DNA from: Acaryochloris marina MBIC11017
GTDB taxonomy: Bacteria > Cyanobacteriota > Cyanobacteriia > Thermosynechococcales > Thermosynechococcaceae
Direction of reading: 5' to 3'
NCBI RefSeq assembly: GCF_000018105.1
Contig: NC_009925.1
Span: 6,390,001 to 6,422,000 of the forward strand
DNA length: 32,000 nt
This document shows positions 22,834 through 29,215 of this stretch, piece after piece. The translations under genes and the position numbers were made by a program. A model generated the notes under the pieces. The model was given only the letters and a program-made list of their open reading frames with translations, was not told the DNA's origin and made no database searches. Position 1 is the first letter of the stretch. Every line of letters starts with the position of its first letter.

Positions 22834-25314
22834 TTATCGTTGCGTGATGATCTGATATGCACGGGGCAAAGACCGAATCGCCAGCCCCCCTATAGCAGTC
22901 GCTATAAAAGCAATGCCCGCTGGGATAACAGGCACCCATAGGCCGCCTCCATAGAGCAGAACCGCGCATATTCCCCCTAAACTAATGAATATGCAGCTAA
23001 GTAAGGCCCATTTTATCCTGCCAGAAGACAAAGTCGAGAGACTCATATTACCGAGACTTGCCCAAACTGCGATCCACAGGGTTTCTAACCAGGTCGGCCA
23101 AAAAACGATGGCAGGCCGTCCGTCTAACATAGTGCTCAAAAGCTGACTGGTGGCGTGAGCATGTAAATAGACCCCTGGAACCATCGCCCCTGGGCTTAAG
23201 GGGGTAAGGAAATCATCTTTCCCCGGTTCAGTCACACCAATAAGAACAATCTTGTCTCGAACGGATTCACCATTAAAGATAGGGGAGAGAACCTGCCGCA
23301 GGGATTTTTGCGGTGCAATTTTGGTGACTGCCCCTCGGGGAGTATTCGATAGGCGTCGGTAGTGGAGCATGATTTGGCGACCTGCCAGAGCTTCTCCTTG
23401 CTGGCTGCGGTAAGGTCCAGAGCTTTGCTGGAGCCAGTCGCCGAGTTGAGCATCCCCAACATTCACTTCTAAGTCACCTCGCTGGAGGTTTTTACAGTCA
23501 AAGTCTTTGTTCTGGGACTGTAGGTATTGCTTTGCAATCAGCAATCCAAAGCTAAAAGCATAGTCCTCTAATTGACATTGATCCAACGACGTTGTTGTCT
23601 GAGAGTTCCGGATGGCTCCAGGTGACAAGCACGGTGACCCTGGATCAAAACTGGCTTGGTAGAGATATCTTCGGACAATGTCCTGACTAGGTGTTGCTCC
23701 GTAATCTAGAGGAACATCACTAAAGCCAATTTGATTCAGCGGCACTTCTGGGGGTGGGGCGATGCCTGAAAATGCTTCTGCAGGACGGCTGGGGGTGCAA
23801 ATACCGATGAAGTTTGTCTGACGCAGTTGATTCACTAAAGCAGAATTGGAGGCAGGAATGGGGCGAAGAATATCCAGACCAATCACACTAGGTTGGTAGG
23901 TTTGCAATTTTTCCAGCAATTGAGCAAGAGCCTTGCCAGAGAGGGAACGTCGTTGGGAGGTTCCAGGAATAATGGACCGCCCCAACCCTTGCTGGTCTTG
24001 AAACTGCATATCCTGTTGATCAATGGTGATGATTAAGAAACGCTCATCCCATTTTTCTTTGGGCTTGAACCGTAACATCAGGTCATAGGTTTTCAGCTCG
24101 ATGGATTCCATCCATCCCATTTCACGGATGCCAATGACTCCTGCTGCCACGATTAGGCTAATGCCGAGGGCAATTCCCAGACGACGACGTTTAGGGGGAG
24201 ATGGACTGGGTTGTAGAGACTGCCAGGTTGGCGGTACTTCTGTGGGGTTGGGACAGACGACCGGAAGCCAACTGGCACAGGGATAGGTTTTCTCCCAGTC
24301 ATCATGCAAAATGCGTTGGGCTTGCTGGACTGAACTATAGAGGGATTGATTTTGAGTAAACGCGTCTAAAAAAGCGCGCAGAAATTTAGGAGAGATGGCA
24401 TCCGGGAGCTTCTCGCGCATAAAGACCAAATGAGGCAAAGCGATGTTTTTCTCAGCGGCTAGCTGATGGGCTAAACCAATACCATCACAGGAGTTGAAGA
24501 TGGCAAGACGTAACCCTTTGGCGGCTGCTTCTCGCAGCGTAAATCGAAAATCAGGAATCGCCAGTTGCTCTGTTTCATTGAGCTGAATCGCAAACCGCTT
24601 GCCATCTTCTGAACTGGCGCTATGTCCGCTGAAAAAGAGAATGTCCCAGCGGTCTTGCCGCAGTACTTGATTGAGCTGCTGTGGAGTAGGAGCAACCTGC
24701 CAGACAACTTCGGCTCCGGCTTGTCCGGCAATCTGGTCCAGTAATTGTTGGTCTTCGGGTAAATGCTGCAAATCTGTGGCATGGCCCAGGATCGCTAAGA
24801 TTCGAATCTTACCTGGGTGATGGTAGGGTCTTGGAACGGTGGTGTATTGGTTTAAGGCCAAGGCAACGGTGGCCTCGATCTTTTCCACCACAGACCATCT
24901 CTCCCAGGGCAGTCGTTGTAGCCAGACATTGTCGGTCTGTATCCACAGACAAGCTTGCTGGCCTGCCATTAACAAGGCTTGGCGAATCTCTTCTAAGTCC
25001 TCTGTATTGAGCCACTGGTTCAGCTGTTTCTCGACTTGGGACGCGGTGGTGTGACAGGCTGCGATCGCATCTTCTCGTTCCGAACTATGGGTAATCTGAT
25101 CCGGGTCGCTGTGGGTTAAGGCTCGGAATAAGCTTTCTAGGCTGGCGTAGCGTTGTTGCCACTGGCGATAAGTGGCTAATAAGGCTGGATTACTGGGTAA
25201 TTTCCCCCGAACAACAGTTTGAGGTAGAGACGGCAAGTTCTCTCGAATCTCAAGTTTGACGCGAAATCCCTGTTCGAAATCGCCATCCAATTCCAGAATT
25301 AGCAGTTTCGTCAT
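22834..25314 (-). CDS. membrane protein with N-terminal cytoplasmic CHAT (caspase-like) domain, TM helix, periplasmic CHASE2 sensor domain and C-terminal TM bundle
   Basis: 826 aa. CHAT-like region is about aa 165-345 (nt ~24280-24822). It has His in DILFFSGHS (codon 24622-24624) and Cys in LAIFNSCDG (codon 24487-24489). TM1 is LGIALGISLIVAAGVIGI (about aa 379-396). The CHASE2-like region starts at LKTYDLMLRFKP...FLIITIDQQ...VIGLDI and ends in about three hydrophobic helices (aa ~741-815). Only about 10 residues follow the last helix. Confidence 0.8.
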   Translation of the reverse strand: MTKLLILELDGDFEQGFRVKLEIRENLPSLPQTVVRGKLPSNPALLATYRQWQQRYASLESLFRALTHSDPDQITHSSEREDAIAACHTTASQVEKQLNQWLNTEDLEEIRQALLMAGQQACLWIQTDNVWLQRLPWERWSVVEKIEATVALALNQYTTVPRPYHHPGKIRILAILGHATDLQHLPEDQQLLDQIAGQAGAEVVWQVAPTPQQLNQVLRQDRWDILFFSGHSASSEDGKRFAIQLNETEQLAIPDFRFTLREAAAKGLRLAIFNSCDGIGLAHQLAAEKNIALPHLVFMREKLPDAISPKFLRAFLDAFTQNQSLYSSVQQAQRILHDDWEKTYPCASWLPVVCPNPTEVPPTWQSLQPSPSPPKRRRLGIALGISLIVAAGVIGIREMGWMESIELKTYDLMLRFKPKEKWDERFLIITIDQQDMQFQDQQGLGRSIIPGTSQRRSLSGKALAQLLEKLQTYQPSVIGLDILRPIPASNSALVNQLRQTNFIGICTPSRPAEAFSGIAPPPEVPLNQIGFSDVPLDYGATPSQDIVRRYLYQASFDPGSPCLSPGAIRNSQTTTSLDQCQLEDYAFSFGLLIAKQYLQSQNKDFDCKNLQRGDLEVNVGDAQLGDWLQQSSGPYRSQQGEALAGRQIMLHYRRLSNTPRGAVTKIAPQKSLRQVLSPIFNGESVRDKIVLIGVTEPGKDDFLTPLSPGAMVPGVYLHAHATSQLLSTMLDGRPAIVFWPTWLETLWIAVWASLGNMSLSTLSSGRIKWALLSCIFISLGGICAVLLYGGGLWVPVIPAGIAFIATAIGGLAIRSLPRAYQIITQR
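25061..25068. repeat. HIP1 palindrome
   Basis: Exact GCGATCGC in the context GCGATCGCATCTT (REDAIAAC in the CHAT protein). Confidence 0.95.
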
Positions 25315-25390
25315 AGATTTAATGATTCTCGAACCTGAAACAGAGGATTGTTATGAAACGGTTGGGTTGTCCCATATTTTATCTTTAGGT

Positions 25391-26527
25391 CTATACCTGA
25401 AAGGCTTCTGATACCGAAGCTGTTCCTAAACTGACCTGTATTGTGAAGCGATCACCCGTTGATGCATCAAAGCGATACCGAATAAATTCATCATCACTGC
25501 GGCTAATCACTTCCTTAAACACGTCTCCAGAATCCGTCAGAATTTTTAGGTGTAAATCGGGGGGCAAGGTTAACCGTTCACCTGTTGGATAGACACTGGC
25601 CTGAAGATTAATTCCCGACTCCATGGCAGAAATCGTCATCATTAGGGACACCTGGCAGCCCCCTAACTCAACCCCCAAGTCGATCAGTTTAGCCCGTTTG
25701 ATTTGGGTATCCATAAACGCCCCAACTAGCTGAGGGGCAATCAGCTCATTGATGGCCTGCCAGCCTTGCTCAAACTGATGATTTAACCATTGGCTGAGCT
25801 GAATGGCTTGGGAAACAGAGGGCTGGGGTTGCGAGAGTGTGATCGCATGTCGTCGCCATTGCTGATTTCCGAGAATGCTGGCCCAAGTATTAAAGCTAAT
25901 ATGTCGAGCTGCAAAGGGTAGTGGGGTTTCCCTTAGCAAGTCCCATGCATGGGTCAATTCATCTAAGTGTGGGGCAGTTAAGGCTGAAACTCCGTCCCTA
26001 ACTTGGGTCTCAGGAAAATACTTCTGCTGCAACCACAATAAATTTAGGGTTTCGGTTAACTGCTCACGCTCCAGCCTATAGGTTCGATTTCTGGGGATAA
26101 ACTGCCCCTTTTTCTTCACGGTTTTGTGCGTGGTCACGCCCCATAACCGCAACCTTCCTTCTTCTAAATCCACCTGGACTGCTACGAAATAATCGGCTGC
26201 CAAATTGGGACTATTGACCCATTCTTGAGGAACCTGTACTCCGTCTAAATCCCAAGCTCTACTGGGTAAACAAACGAAACGAAAATTGTCGGATTCAATT
26301 CCAATACCATTCAGCCCCAACTGCCACAGATCTTGTTGCAGGTCCAGTCCCTTAGCATTGGGAAAGTATTCACGAAAATAGGGCAAAACTACCGTTTCAC
26401 AGATTTGATTTAGCGCCATAAGATCATCAATCTGTGGGGAGAGGGGACCTGTTGTCTCGTTGGAAAGGATCAGAGGTTCAGGAAGTTCTAACCAAACATG
26501 GTCAGGAGTCAAATCATAGAGACTCAT
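25391..26527 (-). CDS. DUF1822-family protein (function unknown)
   Basis: The pattern VQVPQEWVNSPNLAADYFVAVQVDLEEGRLRLWGVTTHKTVKKKGQF...RTYRLEREQL matches my recollection of cyanobacterial DUF1822 proteins. ATG at 26525-26527 overlaps the sigma gene's TGA (ATGA). The tracked ORF start at 26572 would overlap by 49 nt. That this is a real gene is high confidence; the family name is moderate. Confidence 0.7.
   Translation of the reverse strand: MSLYDLTPDHVWLELPEPLILSNETTGPLSPQIDDLMALNQICETVVLPYFREYFPNAKGLDLQQDLWQLGLNGIGIESDNFRFVCLPSRAWDLDGVQVPQEWVNSPNLAADYFVAVQVDLEEGRLRLWGVTTHKTVKKKGQFIPRNRTYRLEREQLTETLNLLWLQQKYFPETQVRDGVSALTAPHLDELTHAWDLLRETPLPFAARHISFNTWASILGNQQWRRHAITLSQPQPSVSQAIQLSQWLNHQFEQGWQAINELIAPQLVGAFMDTQIKRAKLIDLGVELGGCQVSLMMTISAMESGINLQASVYPTGERLTLPPDLHLKILTDSGDVFKEVISRSDDEFIRYRFDASTGDRFTIQVSLGTASVSEAFQV
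26524..26527 (-). promoter_or_regulatory. ATGA stop/start overlap (translational coupling of the sigma factor and DUF1822)
   Basis: On the minus strand, ATG (26527-26525) of the DUF1822 gene overlaps TGA (26526-26524) of the sigma gene. Confidence 0.7.
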
Positions 26528-27711
26528 GACTCGTTGCCTCCTGACTGGGTTTGACAAATAGACCATAGCCATTGGCTCACTGCTGCATTAATAGTTTCTA
26601 CATCGTTGACCTGGAGAGAAATATGCAGATGATCCCTAGACCATTCCAGAAAGCGATCGGTCACAATGGTTTTTACTTTATTGAGGGTACGGGACACAGT
26701 GGATTGATTAATGCCGAGCTGTTGGCTAATGTCTTTTTGTTCTTGCCCTTCCCCGTAGTAAAGCTGGACGATCGTTTTGGTGTGGACATTTAAGCGATAG
26801 GTTTTGAGGTCTAAACCCTGCCATTCTTCCCGCAACCAAGCCAAGATTTTGGTATGAATCGCACCATAATCGTGAAGGGAGTCAGCCCTCTCTGGGTCGT
26901 CTGGGGCTGCAATTACATCAATCAGTTCCTGTTGCCCTTCCGTTGAGAGGGGCTGGTTGATAGAGACTTCGGCTGGAGCCATATATCGAAAGACCGCTTG
27001 ACCACTCGTTTTGACCCATTGTTGGATGGTCTCCAGCTCTTGAGGGTGCGGCATTAAGAGGTTGTAGGTAGACACAATATCTGACCATATTTCTGGAGAG
27101 GGGGCTTGCGTTTTTCCCTCTCGTTTAATTTTCGCTGGTTTATAAAGCTCCACATAGCAATCCCAGGCCTGTAGATGACACTCCAGCAGTGAGTCCTGGA
27201 TTCCCATCGCGATTAAGGCTTTGCGGACGCGGGTCTCGCTGGTATGGAGTAACAAACTCCAAAGGGTATGACCATAGCTTTTGTCCTGACGGCGGAGTTC
27301 ATCCAGAATGCGCCATTTGAGAAAGAAGCTAGCATAAGCCCCTAAGTTGGGATTAAGGATAGGATTGAAGGAGGTCAATAGTTTCTGGAAACACAGCACG
27401 CCTTGGCTAAACAAATCGAACAATGGCCGATCATTGCGATGTTGGTAGGTGGACCAAAGTTGAGATGCAACCCGATAACACGGCTCTTGGAGATAGGCAT
27501 ATAGATGATCTCGGCTGATCGTCTGGTTATGCTGTTGCCATTGCTGATGCCAGTAAGCGACCCAATATTGACTTTCGCCGCTACTCACCTGTTGGAGACT
27601 TCTTTCCATGTGGCGGCTTAATCGTGGATCAGTTTGCCAGCGTTGAAACCGTTCCTCCGACCACGCAATAAAGGTGGAGAATTGCTCAATCAGACTCTCT
27701 CGTTTATCCAT
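26524..27711 (-). CDS. atypical sigma-70-family RNA polymerase sigma factor
   Basis: 395 aa. Region-2-like: FDLFSQGVLCFQKLLTSFNPILNPNLGAYASFFLKWRILDELRR. Region-4 HTH: IVQLYYGEGQEQKDISQQLGINQSTVSRTLNKVKTIV. There is an N-terminal W/Q-rich extension of about 90 aa and a spacer of about 150 aa between regions 2 and 4. Confidence 0.8.
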   Translation of the reverse strand: MDKRESLIEQFSTFIAWSEERFQRWQTDPRLSRHMERSLQQVSSGESQYWVAYWHQQWQQHNQTISRDHLYAYLQEPCYRVASQLWSTYQHRNDRPLFDLFSQGVLCFQKLLTSFNPILNPNLGAYASFFLKWRILDELRRQDKSYGHTLWSLLLHTSETRVRKALIAMGIQDSLLECHLQAWDCYVELYKPAKIKREGKTQAPSPEIWSDIVSTYNLLMPHPQELETIQQWVKTSGQAVFRYMAPAEVSINQPLSTEGQQELIDVIAAPDDPERADSLHDYGAIHTKILAWLREEWQGLDLKTYRLNVHTKTIVQLYYGEGQEQKDISQQLGINQSTVSRTLNKVKTIVTDRFLEWSRDHLHISLQVNDVETINAAVSQWLWSICQTQSGGNES

Positions 27712-28274
27712 AAACAGTCAAGAAACGTTATGGGGGCGTCATCCTTGAAGAGTATCGTTGGCCCCTAATCACAATATGCAGATGGACTGATGCATACTCC
27801 GTTTTTACCTCATGATACTGGTCCCTTGTAGAAGGAATCCTGTTGGTACTTCCCTGGGTAGGGGCCTCTATCCGTCTATTCACCACCAGACTATTAAGTG
27901 GAGTCTATTTTCTTTATTGACGAAATATCTTGAGAAGTAAACGCAAAAACATTTAGAAAATATAAATAATTTTGCTTTGGATGATGTTTAAAAAGGGGAT
28001 TAACTGAAAAGTGGGTTGTTATATGAATATAAACAACCTGATCTGTCCTCAGATATACGGAAGACGGCTGACCCACACCACTAAATCTCTCCATAGTTAT
28101 ACGGAAAAACCCCTGAAAACCATAGACTTCAGTATTTCTACCGTTAGCTAATGGCGTCTGGGTTGGCACTATATTACTAACCAGCTACCGTTGCGAGCTG
28201 ACTGAGGATAGTAAGGGAGACTTCCTCAAATCACATCAAATGAATACCCCTTTCTTTTTTTGGATTAGGCAATC

Positions 28275-28496
28275 ATGTCATCTTCACTTCAGCAAAAATT
28301 TATAAATTTTCTCCAAAATGATTTAGCGATTTCCACCGCAGAATTGAATGTTGCCCTGCGTCGTCAAGATCCATCGTTGGGGCAGCTACATATGGTCCTA
28401 TGGCAACATGGACTGATCAGCCTTAATCAACTCAATTCCGCCTTCGAATGGCTTGAGCGGGAAGCCTCAAATCCTTTGGAAGTGCAGGTTGCCTAA
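28275..28496 (+). CDS. DUF2949-family small protein
   Basis: 73 aa. FLQNDLAISTAELNVALRRQDPSLGQLHMVLWQHGLISLNQLNSAFEWLE resembles the conserved cyanobacterial DUF2949 pattern (LAI...ALR......LPMVLWQYGL..L.QL...FDWLE). Confidence 0.6.
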   Translation: MSSSLQQKFINFLQNDLAISTAELNVALRRQDPSLGQLHMVLWQHGLISLNQLNSAFEWLEREASNPLEVQVA

Positions 28497-28601
28497 CATC
28501 GCTATCAATATCCAACTCCTTCATAGTCCGGTGCTCTTTTGCCGTCCACAGTAAGCTTAAGAAGGATAAATCAGGAATTTGGAAGGATATCGATCTGATT
28601 C

Positions 28602-28790
28602 ATGGAAACCACATCAGACTATCAATGCGCCTATTGTGGAGAATTTAACACCACGTTTATCGATATCAGTGCAGGCTTCAGCCAGTCCTATGTAGAAGAT
28701 TGTCAGGTCTGCTGTCGTCCCAACTTACTGTCTGTGAGTGTGGACCGAGAAAGCTTAGAGATTCAAATCGCTACAGAATATAACGGATAG
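28602..28790 (+). CDS. CPXCG-motif cysteine-rich (zinc-ribbon-like) protein
   Basis: 62 aa. YQCAYCGEFNTTFIDISAG...YVEDCQVCCRPNLL gives four Cys in a CxxC...CxxCC arrangement typical of the CPXCG family. Confidence 0.75.
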   Translation: METTSDYQCAYCGEFNTTFIDISAGFSQSYVEDCQVCCRPNLLSVSVDRESLEIQIATEYNG

Positions 28791-29215
28791 TTGTATTGCT
28801 ATTGGCCATGCGGGAGTATGTGCCTGCTTTGTATCAGTAATTTAGCAACTTCAACTAGGAAAAGGGTTTTGCCGCAAACAGAAATTGCAGGTATTAGACT
28901 TCTATGAGTTTCATAGATGAAAAAGCGACCTTGTTTTGCAGCTTTAGTATCCTACTTGGTTATGAGAATAAATTAAGATTGTTGTCATCAGAGTCTACAA
29001 CCCGATAAATTCACCTTTATTTTTCCTGCCTCTTGATCTAGCTGTCGTCTGCTCTTCTGGAGTTGTTAGTAGACTTGAAAAAATCAGAGGGTTGAGCTGT
29101 GGTTGAAATTTGGCATTCAGATTACTGATTCCAAGGCTAAATATAAAGTTCTACTCAGTGAAAAAAATAATAAACGAAAATTTAAATGATTTTCTAGGAA
29201 GTTAGGAGCGGGTTG

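Noticed and set aside
5739-25314. Reading the CHAT and trypsin-TPR proteins as an anti-phage defence system (type III-E Craspase-like TPR-CHAT, or a protease-activated gasdermin system).
   Set aside because: There are no CRISPR array, cas7-11/csx genes, gasdermin-like ORF, or NACHT/STAND or nuclease partners in the window. The trypsin-TPR proteins carry signal peptides and are therefore exported. The CHAT domain is tethered to a periplasmic CHASE2 sensor and linked to a sigma factor, which points to signalling rather than abortive infection. This reading is not fully excluded.
27894-28169. 91-aa minus-strand ORF in the sigma / DUF2949 intergenic region.
   Set aside because: It has no recognisable motif, sits in A/T-rich sequence where random ORFs are less constrained, and has no convincing RBS. 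I cannot support it as a gene. The region also holds an imperfect hairpin (28014-28038) whose function I cannot assign.
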